Shown here: positions 34,412-45,700 of the stretch, in pieces
Numbering within the stretch: position 1 is the first letter of the stretch
Layout: each line of letters starts with the position of its first letter
DNA from: a virus
Taxonomy: Duplodnaviria; Caudoviricetes
Strand: one strand, 5' to 3'
Length of the DNA stretch: 64,000 nt
IMG/VR virus record: IMGVR_UViG_3300025638_000003
Span: 1 to 64,000 of that record
Program-made: the position numbers and the translations under genes
The notes under the pieces: generated by a model
Told to the model about the DNA's origin: nothing
Seen by the model: only the letters and a program-made list of their open reading frames with translations
The model's database searches: none

Positions 34412-35983
34412 ATGGCATACTGGAAAGGAATACCTAAAGATGTACGGAAATTAGATAGTTTTGGATTATCTACCAGCACAAGTAATATATCTATTACTCC
34501 TGGGGAATTTTATGAATTAGAATTAGCAGTAGTATTAGATATTATATTGGATGAAAAACATCCTATGATAAAAGAAGGAGAATTTCCTCATTCTCGTATA
34601 GATGTTAATAGATGGCCTGCGGATGTAGAAGATAAAGAGCCCAAAGATACTGATGTAGATTATACTTGGATTGGACGGGCTTTAGTTAGACCACTACAAA
34701 CTGAAAAATCAACTGATAAAGATGAATTATTATGGGCATTTCCTTTGGAATCTAATATTTCCGAATATCCATTAATAAATGAATTGGTTGTTTTATATCG
34801 ATTAGGTGAAAAGGTTTATTACTCTCGTAAATTAAATTATCAAAATTGGCAAAATAATAATCTTGATTTTGCAATAGAAGGAGAAACGTCTGGGAAAGAC
34901 AATAAAATTTTATTTACGGATGAAATATTAACGGGGAGTAAAGAATCTCTAACTAATCATAAGGGGAATACAGGATTTCATGGATATGCGGGGCAATATT
35001 TTGTGGCTAATAATAAAATACGGGCAGTTAAAAGACGAGAGGGAGATTTACATATAGAAAGCCGATTTGGGCAAAATATTATTTTTAGAGCATATGATAG
35101 GAACCGTAAAAATGATATAGGATATGATAAATATCCGGATTATAAAGATTCGGGAAATCCTATGATTATTGTGCGTAACCGGCAACGAAAAATTCTAAAG
35201 GCCGGAGAAAAATTAACATTAAATCATAGTCCCAATCCGGCAACAGTTATTGGAACGGTACATGAAAAGAATGTGGGGGGATATGTTGAAGAAAATATTA
35301 ATCATGACGGCACTTCAATATACATTACTAGCGGTTTAACTATAAGTGATTGGGTTACGACGTGTTTTAAAAGAATGTTTAGTGATGTTAAAGGGGAAGA
35401 AGTTGGTGCTTTTAAAGGGAAAAGTGATTTTAAATATCCAATATTAAATGGGGATCAGATTGTAATTAATACAGACCGTTTAATTTTTTCTTCCCGGTAT
35501 GGTGAAACGTTTCATTATTCTAAAAAGAGATATGCCATAGTTACGGATAATGAATATACTGTTGATGCTCATGAACAAATGGTACTGACTACTCACCAAA
35601 AAATAGTATTAAATTCTCCCGCAATTTATTTGGGAGAATACGATAAAACCGACGAACCCGTTTTATTAGGACAAACTACAGTTAATTGGTTATATGAATT
35701 ATGTAACTGGTTATTAAAACATACTCATTGGTATATACATTCCCACACACATGCAGGGAAAGAATCTCCGTCTCAAACTCAATTACCTGTACAAGTTCAA
35801 TCTCTCATTGCTTTAAGAGATAAATTACATACTTTAATGAGCCGTAGGGTATATGTAACAGGAGGAGGATTTGCTCCTGGTCAAAATGGAGCCGAAATTG
35901 AAGAAGGAAAACCTCCTGTAAAAATTAATGTCTGGAGCGGAACAGGAGTTCCGGGAGGATTTAGGGGAAAAAATCATAGATAA
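34412..35983 (+). CDS. Baseplate hub/spike protein (gp5-like)
   Basis: YPLINELV, EGDLHIESRFGQNI, GDQIVINTDRLIF, EPVLLG, His-rich tip HTHWYIHSHTH. Confidence 0.7.
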   Translation: MAYWKGIPKDVRKLDSFGLSTSTSNISITPGEFYELELAVVLDIILDEKHPMIKEGEFPHSRIDVNRWPADVEDKEPKDTDVDYTWIGRALVRPLQTEKSTDKDELLWAFPLESNISEYPLINELVVLYRLGEKVYYSRKLNYQNWQNNNLDFAIEGETSGKDNKILFTDEILTGSKESLTNHKGNTGFHGYAGQYFVANNKIRAVKRREGDLHIESRFGQNIIFRAYDRNRKNDIGYDKYPDYKDSGNPMIIVRNRQRKILKAGEKLTLNHSPNPATVIGTVHEKNVGGYVEENINHDGTSIYITSGLTISDWVTTCFKRMFSDVKGEEVGAFKGKSDFKYPILNGDQIVINTDRLIFSSRYGETFHYSKKRYAIVTDNEYTVDAHEQMVLTTHQKIVLNSPAIYLGEYDKTDEPVLLGQTTVNWLYELCNWLLKHTHWYIHSHTHAGKESPSQTQLPVQVQSLIALRDKLHTLMSRRVYVTGGGFAPGQNGAEIEEGKPPVKINVWSGTGVPGGFRGKNHR

Positions 35984-36022
35984 AGTTAATACATAATAAC
36001 ATTATAAAATATATTTATAAAT

Positions 36023-36754
36023 ATGAAGAAAGAAGAATTCAATAAACTTACACAAATAATTGAATTATTAGTACGTAAAGAAGTTCAAAAAGAGCTTAAA
36101 GCCCAGCTTCCTGCTTTGATTTCTGAAGAAATCCATAATATAGTGGAAAATTTACAAAAATCGCCTGATTCTTCAATAATTAATGAAACAATACAGAATA
36201 CAAATAGTGAAGAAAATTTTGAATTATCTATGCGGGAGTTATTTGCCGGAGTGAATCCGATGGGAATAAATGAATTAAATTCGTCGAATATATCAAAATC
36301 TTCTCCGAAACGTTATACAAACAATCCTATTATAAATCAAATTTTAAATGAAACGACTTCCGATTTAAGACAAAGAGAGCGGATGGTTGGTGGGGCGGCG
36401 CAATTGGGAGGGTATTCTCCATCAGTAGCAATGGCAGCGTCCAATATTCCTCAAATATCTATGACTGGTCCCGGAGAAATGATGGATGATAATGAAATAC
36501 CTTCTTTATCAAAAATGCCAACAATGCCTACAGCGGGTTCTGATGGAATGAAAAATATACAAATTTCTCGTCCACCAGATTTAGTTGAAGGACAAGAAAG
36601 TACATATGCTCCATTAGAATCTTTACCCGAGGGGGTATCAGCATTAGATGTTGCTCGTCAAGTTCCATTAGCCGATCCAGTGGCCAGAGCGTTAACTCGA
36701 AATTATTCGGCAGTAATGAAAAAAATAGATGAAAAAAAGAATTTTGTAAAGTAA
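36023..36754 (+). CDS. Conserved hypothetical virion-associated protein
   Basis: NQILNET...ALTRNYSAVMKKID. Confidence 0.65.
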   Translation: MKKEEFNKLTQIIELLVRKEVQKELKAQLPALISEEIHNIVENLQKSPDSSIINETIQNTNSEENFELSMRELFAGVNPMGINELNSSNISKSSPKRYTNNPIINQILNETTSDLRQRERMVGGAAQLGGYSPSVAMAASNIPQISMTGPGEMMDDNEIPSLSKMPTMPTAGSDGMKNIQISRPPDLVEGQESTYAPLESLPEGVSALDVARQVPLADPVARALTRNYSAVMKKIDEKKNFVK

Positions 36755-36755
36755 T

Positions 36756-37187
36756 ATGAATTTAACCAATATTTCCACTATGTCTAATCCAATTGGAATT
36801 TTACTTCCTTTTCGTCGAGGGAAAGTGGGATATTTTGATCAATCGGTTGATACTTTCACGGCATATCGCATGAATATTATTAATTTAATTAGAACTAAAC
36901 CGGGTGAAAGAAGAATGAATCCAACATTTGGATGTCATTTATGGAATGTAATATTTGAACAAAATGATCAATTTATTATTGAAAAAATAAGCCGGATTAT
37001 TGAAGAAGATATTGCACAATGGATTCCCGGAGTAGGTGTATCTAATGTCGAAGTTAAATATTTTGATGATGATAAAACTATAGATCATCGAGATACTTAT
37101 AAATTATATATAGCAGTACATTTTATAATAAATTCTATAAATTATGAGGATATGGTAGAAATTGTACTTAATACTGGAAAAATTTAA
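36756..37187 (+). CDS. Baseplate wedge subunit gp25-like (GPW/gp25)
   Basis: NLIRTKPGERRMNPTFGCHL. Confidence 0.9.
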   Translation: MNLTNISTMSNPIGILLPFRRGKVGYFDQSVDTFTAYRMNIINLIRTKPGERRMNPTFGCHLWNVIFEQNDQFIIEKISRIIEEDIAQWIPGVGVSNVEVKYFDDDKTIDHRDTYKLYIAVHFIINSINYEDMVEIVLNTGKI

Positions 37188-37189
37188 TT

Positions 37190-39169
37190 ATGGCTAATAC
37201 AATACAAAAAGATTTTTCTCCAAATAGTAAAGATGTTCGGTATCTTAATAGAGATTTTTCTCAATTTCGAGAATCATTAATTAATTTTTCTAAAACGTAT
37301 TTTCCTCATACATATAAAGATTTTTCTCCCGCTTCTCCCGGAATGATGTTTATTGAACAGGTGGCATATGTTGGAGATGTTTTAAGTTATTATACTGATT
37401 ATGCCTTTAAAGAGGGGCAAATGTTTTCGGCTACGGAAAGAAAAAATATAGTTTCTTTAGCCTCTCAAATGGGATATAAAATCAAACCGGCAAGAGCAGC
37501 AATTGGTGAAATTACTTTAATGCAATTATGTCCGGCGGCAGATGATGGAATGGGAAATTATTTCCCCGATCCAGATTACATGTTAATAATTAAAGAAAAT
37601 TCTCAATTTTCAACGAATGAGAATGCTTATTTTATTTTAAATTCTGTAGTTGATTTTTCTATTAATACGGCTGCATCTCCCCGAAAAGAGGAAATATATT
37701 CTCGCAATCCAGATGGAACCCCATTATTTTTCTTATTAACTAAAAAGGGATCGGTTAGTGCTGGACAAATTTATACTAAAGAAGTAGTTGTTGGATCTCC
37801 TTCTCCATATTTTACTGTTAAATTGGGAGAAAAAAATGTACTTTCTATTTTGAGTATTGTGGACTCAGATGATAATAATTGGTATGAAACGGAATATTTG
37901 GCACAAGAATTAGTACCCATTTCAGTGCCTAATATTGATCAATATGAAGGTTCATTGTCTCAATATAGAGATTCAGTTCCATATATTTTAAAATATTTAA
38001 AAACGTCCCGTCGATTTGTTGTTAATGTAGATGAAGAAAATTACACTTATATTCAATTTGGGGCGGGAATAAGTGGAACGAGCGATGAAATTGTTACATT
38101 TGATTCTAATTTACTTGGAGTGGGGTTGGTTAACTCTTCCAGAGTTAATATTCCGCTAGATCCGAGCAATTTTCTTAGTAATGAAAATTATGGCATGGCA
38201 CCTCAAAACACTGTATTGACTATTACATATTTAATAGGTGGCGGATTAAATAGTAATTGTCAAAGTGATGAAATAAAAAATGTAGCTTCAGTATTATTTG
38301 ATAATCCATCCGAAGGACTTCTTCCGGAACAAGTCGAATTATTAAATACTGTCAAAAATTCATTACAAGTAACCAATATGGAACCTGTGGTTGGGGGGAA
38401 AGATGCCGAAACAAATGAAGAAATTAAATTAAATGCAATGGCTCATTTTGCATCTCAAAATCGTGCCGTAACTCAAAATGATTATTTAGTAAGAATCTAT
38501 TCTCTTCCTCCTCAATTTGGATCAATTGCCAAAGCGCAAATTGTATCGGATTCTAATTTAAATATAGGGATAAATAAAATTTTAGATGGGGTTATTGATT
38601 CAAATAATAATGGATCTGTTATTGATAATAGAGTTAATAATTATTTCAGGAAAGTATCATATGATATAACAAATCCTTTTGCTATTAATGTCTATATATT
38701 ATCATATGATTCTCAAAAACGTCTTATTAAACCAAATAAAGCATTAATAAAAAATCTTATTACATATCTTAAACAATATCGTATAATTACCGATGGAATT
38801 AATATTATCGATGGATATATTATAAATATTGGGGTTGAGTTTTCTATTACAGTATATAAAGGATATAATAAAAAAGATGTTTTATTAAGTTGTATAAAAA
38901 CCGTTCAAAATTTCTTTAATATAGATAAATGGAACTTTTCTCAACCTATTAATTTAAGCCAATTACAATTAGAAATTGCTAAAGTAAATGGAGTTCAATC
39001 TGTAGTTAATGTTAAAATTACAAATAAAACATCGTTAGATGGAGATTATTCGCCTGTGGAATATGATATAAAAGCTGCTACTAAAAATGGTATAATTTAT
39101 CCTTCTGTAGATCCTTCAGTTTTTGAAGTTAAATTCCCCAGTTCCGATATAATAGGCGCTTGTTTATAA
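37190..39169 (+). CDS. Baseplate wedge subunit gp6-like
   Basis: YLNRDF..YFP..DFS.ASPGMMFIE..AYVGDVLSYY; QNRAVTQNDY. Confidence 0.9.
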   Translation: MANTIQKDFSPNSKDVRYLNRDFSQFRESLINFSKTYFPHTYKDFSPASPGMMFIEQVAYVGDVLSYYTDYAFKEGQMFSATERKNIVSLASQMGYKIKPARAAIGEITLMQLCPAADDGMGNYFPDPDYMLIIKENSQFSTNENAYFILNSVVDFSINTAASPRKEEIYSRNPDGTPLFFLLTKKGSVSAGQIYTKEVVVGSPSPYFTVKLGEKNVLSILSIVDSDDNNWYETEYLAQELVPISVPNIDQYEGSLSQYRDSVPYILKYLKTSRRFVVNVDEENYTYIQFGAGISGTSDEIVTFDSNLLGVGLVNSSRVNIPLDPSNFLSNENYGMAPQNTVLTITYLIGGGLNSNCQSDEIKNVASVLFDNPSEGLLPEQVELLNTVKNSLQVTNMEPVVGGKDAETNEEIKLNAMAHFASQNRAVTQNDYLVRIYSLPPQFGSIAKAQIVSDSNLNIGINKILDGVIDSNNNGSVIDNRVNNYFRKVSYDITNPFAINVYILSYDSQKRLIKPNKALIKNLITYLKQYRIITDGINIIDGYIINIGVEFSITVYKGYNKKDVLLSCIKTVQNFFNIDKWNFSQPINLSQLQLEIAKVNGVQSVVNVKITNKTSLDGDYSPVEYDIKAATKNGIIYPSVDPSVFEVKFPSSDIIGACL

Positions 39170-39226
39170 TTTTAGAATATAAAAATAATCCCGGAATTTC
39201 TCTCATTTTTTCATATTTATAGATAT

Positions 39227-39745
39227 ATGATTCGGCTAAAGTCTTTATTGAGAGAAAGTGGAGATGGGATAATAGATAAATTTATTTCTATACTTCCAAA
39301 ATATGGCCTCGAATTTCATGATCCGGCAAGGTCAGAACATGCATTTAGAAGACATGGCTATATTTATCCTACAATTACAGATAAAGATCATACAATTAAA
39401 GTAGCATTAGATCGAACTGATATATATGTGTATAAAGGCCGTGTTTGGCTTGGAGATCCGAGCCAACCATTAAAACATGGGTATGTTATGCAAGCAATGG
39501 TAACAAATCCCGAATATAGGAATAAAGGAAAGGCCAAAGAAATATTAAAAGCAATTACGGCGGCAGCAGATGAAGCCGGTTTAATATTAAAATTAGAACC
39601 GGCTCCTATGATAGATTTAATGAATTCTAAAGAAAAGCGAAAAATAACTACGACATTTTTAAAAAATTTGTATGGTAAACATGGATTTAAATTGGAACCA
39701 GAAGGTAATATTATGACTAGAATTCCAGCAGATAAAGGAATATAA
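39227..39745 (+). CDS. GNAT-family acetyltransferase
   Basis: VTNPEYRNKGKAKEIL...LYGKHGF; N-terminal MIRLKSLLRE. Confidence 0.75.
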   Translation: MIRLKSLLRESGDGIIDKFISILPKYGLEFHDPARSEHAFRRHGYIYPTITDKDHTIKVALDRTDIYVYKGRVWLGDPSQPLKHGYVMQAMVTNPEYRNKGKAKEILKAITAAADEAGLILKLEPAPMIDLMNSKEKRKITTTFLKNLYGKHGFKLEPEGNIMTRIPADKGI

Positions 39746-39747
39746 TT

Positions 39748-42261
39748 ATGCATCATTTTATTTATCCCGAAAAAGATACTTTTATAACTAATCATCAAGG
39801 ATTAGAAAAGAAAAATTTTGGTCTCGACGAAATTTTACAGGTGGGCACCATTAATTCTCCCAGACCATATCTCAGTGAAACCAAAGAATATTTTTATAAA
39901 AATGAAATTTTAACTGGGAGAGTAGAATCTTTTACAGGAAATTTTGAAGGTTCTTTCTATGGAGAGGCTTTATTTGCTACGGGATCGATAATTGGAGAAA
40001 ATTTATCATTTACTTCTTCATATTTTAAAGGAATTATAGATAGTGTACCAGTAGAAATAAGTGGTAATATAGAGGGAAGTGAAATTTCAGGAATGATTAG
40101 TGGATCAATTATTGCACCTGATTTTATCGAAAAATTTGATGGAGAACTTGTAAGAATTAACGGATGTTTACAAGGAACTGGTTCGGGAGTTGATGTTCGA
40201 ACAGAAAAAAACTGGAAAGTAGTAAATTCTCAATATGTATATCGTTCATTATTAAAATTTAATTTAAATAAAATATCCGAATCAATAGCTAATGGTGAAA
40301 TAACAGATCCTAAATTTTATTTGAATATAAAAATATGTAATGAATTTCAACTTCCACTTGAATATACAATTTATGCTTCTCCTATTAGTAAAGATTGGGA
40401 TAAAGGAATAGGTTATTTATCGGATGGAGGATCCGATAGAGGTGCAAATTGGATATATCGAGATAAAAACGATGGTATTAAGTGGAATGATACTATTTTA
40501 ACCGGACCTAAATCTGCTATAAATTTTATAGACAATCCCGAATTACTTCCAGTTGTATTTGGCTATGGCGGAGGAACGTGGCATTTAGAAGATACATGTA
40601 AGCAGGACTTTTCGCAACAATCGGCTGATGTACGAATGGATGTAACGCCAATTGTCATGAAATGGATTAGTGGAGAAATTCCTAATTATGGGTTTATTGT
40701 ATATTGTTCCGATGAATTAGTTGGAACGGCATATGGTTTCATGCTGAAATTTTTCAGTAAAAATACTAATACAATTTATTCTCCATATTTGGATGTAGCA
40801 TGGAATGATGCTACATTTGTTACAGGAAGTATTACGACGGGAAATGTAGAAATTAAAACGGATGGTCCGTGGATTTCGGCATCAATTTCTTCGGGTTCAT
40901 CCATCAATGGAGAATTTAGTGGAAATTTCACGGGAAGTTCGATTTTTACTATTACTAAAAATTATCTAACGGCTAGTAATTATTTATTTCAAGATGAATT
41001 AGTACAAGAATTTACGGGAAGTTTTACTGGATCATTTTATACCGATGCGCAAGTTTCGGGAACAATTACCGGAAGTGATTTAACATTTACGGTAGATTAT
41101 TTTAGTGGTTCTATAGATGAAACTAAAGACATCATTGAAACGATGGGTGGAGTTTCGGGAATTGATATAGATGGTGTAGTTGAGGGAAATTTATATTCTG
41201 AATTACCATTTGGAGAATATGAAGGATTATTAACAAGTTCCGCCACTTTCTTATCGGGATATGGCACTGGATATTATTTAGATCCAGTTTATAATAGATT
41301 TTGTGGATTTATTTTAGCTACAGGATCTTCGGGAAATATTATCGATTCTCCAGTAATTGGAGAAGCGTGTGGAATAATAACTATAAGTCAATCGGTTATA
41401 ACGGGGTCTTGTGGGAAAACCTTTGATGCAAATTTAGTAACGGGTTCTTTTATAGATGGTGTATATAGTGGTAGTAATTTTACGGCGTATTACGTTAATA
41501 ATCAATTAATGAGTGCATCTTTAACTGGTCGATGGACCGAGGCAGCTATTTTAGGTACAAATATAAATATTCCCATTCCTTCTGGATTTGAACCATATGC
41601 TTTGGCGTATATACATGGAAAATATGTAAAAGGAACGGCATTGGGAATTTATACTATTTCCGGATCTGAAAGTGCAAGCTTTGTTGGAAAATTTACCGAA
41701 GGTGCTCAGGCAGGAGTAGAATTAAATTTACAACTTAATGGAAGTATATATACCTCTAGTTATTCATATACAAGTAGCGTTGAATTAATTACTAATAAAT
41801 TTAACAATCTTGATACAAGCGGGCAATTTTCTATAAATTTACAAAATTTACAGCCTGTATATAGGTCGGGAGATATAATAAAAATATTTGTATTTGGGCG
41901 GAAAAAATTTCCTCATAAATCATTTGGTCGATCTCCACAACAAGAACAATATACTATTCCTGAAATATTGCCCCGCACTTCATTTTATGCAATAAAAGAC
42001 AATCAAACCGATGAAATTGTTATTCCGGCAGATAATTATACTCAAATAAGTTGTGAATATCCCGGAGGGAATTATTTTTATTTGGATACTACGGGATTAC
42101 CACAAGAAAGATATTATCGTGTTTTAATTCAAGTTAGTGATGAAAATAACACTTATACAATAGATACAGGTAAAATTTTTAAAATTGTTCGGGGAGGTTC
42201 TACGGCGGAATCGACTTATCCTCCGGCAGGAGCGCCCGAGATAATGGTAATACAATTATAA
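39748..42261 (+). CDS. Virion structural protein with (F)TGS-rich repeat insertions
   Basis: FIYPEKDT..GLDEILQ..RSLLKF..KFFSKNTNTIYSP..GLPQERYY. Confidence 0.7.
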   Translation: MHHFIYPEKDTFITNHQGLEKKNFGLDEILQVGTINSPRPYLSETKEYFYKNEILTGRVESFTGNFEGSFYGEALFATGSIIGENLSFTSSYFKGIIDSVPVEISGNIEGSEISGMISGSIIAPDFIEKFDGELVRINGCLQGTGSGVDVRTEKNWKVVNSQYVYRSLLKFNLNKISESIANGEITDPKFYLNIKICNEFQLPLEYTIYASPISKDWDKGIGYLSDGGSDRGANWIYRDKNDGIKWNDTILTGPKSAINFIDNPELLPVVFGYGGGTWHLEDTCKQDFSQQSADVRMDVTPIVMKWISGEIPNYGFIVYCSDELVGTAYGFMLKFFSKNTNTIYSPYLDVAWNDATFVTGSITTGNVEIKTDGPWISASISSGSSINGEFSGNFTGSSIFTITKNYLTASNYLFQDELVQEFTGSFTGSFYTDAQVSGTITGSDLTFTVDYFSGSIDETKDIIETMGGVSGIDIDGVVEGNLYSELPFGEYEGLLTSSATFLSGYGTGYYLDPVYNRFCGFILATGSSGNIIDSPVIGEACGIITISQSVITGSCGKTFDANLVTGSFIDGVYSGSNFTAYYVNNQLMSASLTGRWTEAAILGTNINIPIPSGFEPYALAYIHGKYVKGTALGIYTISGSESASFVGKFTEGAQAGVELNLQLNGSIYTSSYSYTSSVELITNKFNNLDTSGQFSINLQNLQPVYRSGDIIKIFVFGRKKFPHKSFGRSPQQEQYTIPEILPRTSFYAIKDNQTDEIVIPADNYTQISCEYPGGNYFYLDTTGLPQERYYRVLIQVSDENNTYTIDTGKIFKIVRGGSTAESTYPPAGAPEIMVIQL

Positions 42262-42262
42262 T

Positions 42263-42733
42263 ATGAATAATTTTTCTCAAGACATTTATGAATTTAAAAA
42301 GAATGGAACTTATACCTATAAGTTTGATAATTCTGGAAATGCAATTTTTAATGAAAAATCTAGCAAATTTTCTCATGTTTATTTATCCATTCCACTAAGT
42401 AATCCGGTGATGGATGAAAATAAAATAAATAAATTTTATAATGTAGAATTTGAGGAATTTATTCCGGTCACTTCTTCAATAAAAGAAGAGTCCATAGCAA
42501 TGAGTGTATTTACTCAACAAATGGAAATATTAAAGGAAGAAAACGAATCTTTAAAAACTAAACTCGATTCGGCCATATTAGCTAGCGAATCTAATAGATC
42601 TGTTGCTGATCAAATGGCAATTAAACAAACTATATTAGGACTTAGAATAGCATTGGGTGAAGGAAGAGTGGAAAGTGATTTTTCAGAAGATTTTCCATAT
42701 ACACCTTTAAAACACAACGAATATACCAGATAA
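42263..42733 (+). CDS. Hypothetical structural protein
   Basis: Coupled ORF in structural operon. Confidence 0.65.
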   Translation: MNNFSQDIYEFKKNGTYTYKFDNSGNAIFNEKSSKFSHVYLSIPLSNPVMDENKINKFYNVEFEEFIPVTSSIKEESIAMSVFTQQMEILKEENESLKTKLDSAILASESNRSVADQMAIKQTILGLRIALGEGRVESDFSEDFPYTPLKHNEYTR

Positions 42734-42734
42734 T

Positions 42735-45700
42735 ATGATATTTTCTTCATATCAATTAATAAGTGAAAATTCTACCAGTTTAAATACGGGATCGTATTTA
42801 ACACAAACAGAACATTTAATGTTTGTGAACGAAAATAAACCAGATATTTGGTATGGGGTTTCGGAACGGGATGCTATAGAATTAGGAGTTTGGAGTAGAA
42901 ATAAAAAACTATTAAATTGGAGTACAATATATCAAAATAAAGAATATGTCCCTGTCACTCTTTCTTATACTGATCCTTTAAATTTTCCAGTTACATATTC
43001 TTATAATGAATTAAATTCGGAATTCGTTTTTTATCGGCATGAAAAAATTCTAGTTAATCCCATTGAACAACTTTCATCCTCTTTTAATATTTTATCTGGT
43101 AGTTATTTTTTAACTTATAATTTCATTCGGGAAATGGCAGGAAATGAAAATTCGCCATTAGTTATTAAAGATATTTCTCCATCTCGAAAAGAAATTAAAT
43201 TAATACCGATGGGCAATTCTACATTGGCATATGATGCATATTGCCATAAAAAAGTATTGATTTCAGATATATCGCCTTTATATATTAATTCTATTAAAAA
43301 TTGTCCATATGATGAAATTTATTCGCAATTATTAGAAAATTTCCCTGAAGAAATTAATACTATAAGAAATGTTTTTTTCTTAACATCGGAAGATTCTATA
43401 ATACAATTTTTTAAAAATTTATATGAAGATCAGTGGATATATAATTCATCATTAGAATCGGCTATAGATTTTAATTTAAAATCAGATATTATTCGATTAC
43501 AAGGAATTAAAACATATTTTATAAATTTCTTATTACAAAATTCATCAAAAATAATTGGATTTGAAGAATTAGATGATTATTTTAAAGGATATGTTTCGGC
43601 TTCTATAGAGCGAAAATTTTCAATGTTGGGGGCTAATCCGATTCAGCCATATATAAATGCTAAAACGGCGGTTTATGATTTTTTTGTTAAATATTTTTAT
43701 TCTCCAATTTCAAAAAAATTGGCTAAAGAATATAATAACAAATATTATTTTCCATTTAAAAATGCACTAAATTTTGGAAATAATAGATTGCTTCCTATTA
43801 TTAATAATGGGTTTATAGATGAACGAGAATCGCCCGAAGACCCCCTAACATTAATTATTAAATTACAATCGGAACTTCCTATTGATATTAATATTCAATC
43901 TAATTGTTGGGTATCTAATATTTCATTATCCCCTTACATTGTCAGTGCTATTTTAAAATTTTCTGATTTTGAAGATACATATAAAATAGGTGCTCCTAAT
44001 TTTTCTATTCAAATTCCAGATATTAGTCTTACCAATACTAATTTAAAATATACCGAAGACGATTTACGTGAAGAACATCTAATATCTCGAGAATTAGTTG
44101 TTAGTAAAAATATTCAAGACCTTTCAATTGATTATACCGATTTTAAAAATTTTGTTGTATTTTCTTCGGCAGAAATGCGATTGAAAATATTCAAAAATAA
44201 AATGATTAATATTTCAAGATTAAATTCTGCTATAGAAATTTTAAACATAAAAAATAATGAGTTTATTGTATCAAGTGGCAGCAATTATCCGTATTATGAA
44301 CATGAATATAAAAGTATTCAAAATCAATTAGATGAATTTATTAATACATTTGATGGGTATGAATCCTATTTGTATGACAAAGGATTTTTTAAATATGAAA
44401 ATAAATCTTTTATTAGCGCCAGTTATATTAAAGATTTGGAATCCGAGGCTGTTCATTATGATAAATTAAATCGAGATAGTTTTATAAACAATTGTCCAGA
44501 ATATATTTTATCTGATTCGGAAAATGATGAATATATCGTTTTTCTAACAATGATCGGACATTTTTTTGATAATATTTATATTTACATTTCTAATTTGCCA
44601 TCAGAAAAAAAAGTTGGAAATAATGAATCGGAAGAATTTACTCGACGAATAGCAGATTATATTTTACAAGCATTTGGATGGAATATAGATGATACTTTAG
44701 AGCAATCAAATGTTTTGAATAATTATTTATCGTCAAATGAATTAAAAGAATTAAATCGTTTATCCGCCGAAGAAAGATTAAAAATTATAAGAAATAGATT
44801 ACTTGTTAACCTTCCTCAGATTTATAAAACAAAAGGTACAGAAGAAGCAATTAAAATTATTTTATCTTGTTATGGAATTCCATCTTCATTATTAAGTGTT
44901 AGAGAATATGGAGGAATAAATTATCTTTCGGAAAATGCTTCTTATACTACATATGAGCGGGTTTATTTAAGACAGTGGAGTACTGCATCTCAATACGATA
45001 CTTATTATTTATCTAATCCACCTGGAATGCGAACGTGTTTATTCAAATTTAGTATGGACAATGCTAAATTATATACTAAAAATAATGAATATATATTAAT
45101 GGGAGGATTTGATAACTCAAATATAGAAAATACGGATGAATTGGCAACGGGAAAATGGTCGGTTGGATTTATTCGTACATATAAACCAAATAGTGGAAAA
45201 TTATTTTTCCGGATTGGAACAAAAAATTCTCCAATTTTCAAAATATATAGCCCAGAATTTCCGATGTTTAATGGTAGCATATATAGTGTTATGTTACGAC
45301 GAAATATGCCCGATGATGGGTTTGAATATACGGAAAATGATTTGTCCGTTCCATCAAAATTTGATTTATATGTGCAACAAAATGATTCGGGAAATAAAAT
45401 ATTACATTTAACTTCTAGTGGTATCTGTTATGATACGGCATCCAATCATTGGTTCAGTGGTGAAGGAAATATTCGAATTGGTGGATGGTTTACTTATTGG
45501 AATCGGGGAGGATACGATGGATGTTTTGATAAATTACAAACATGGTTTTCGGCATTAACAGATCAAGATTTTGAAAATTATGTTAATAATATAAACTCCT
45601 ATGTATTTAGTGGTGCGGATCCACATAAAAATTTAATTTTTCGAATGCATTATGATTATCCTGTAAATCAACGTCAGCAATTAGTTAATGGTGAATGGAC

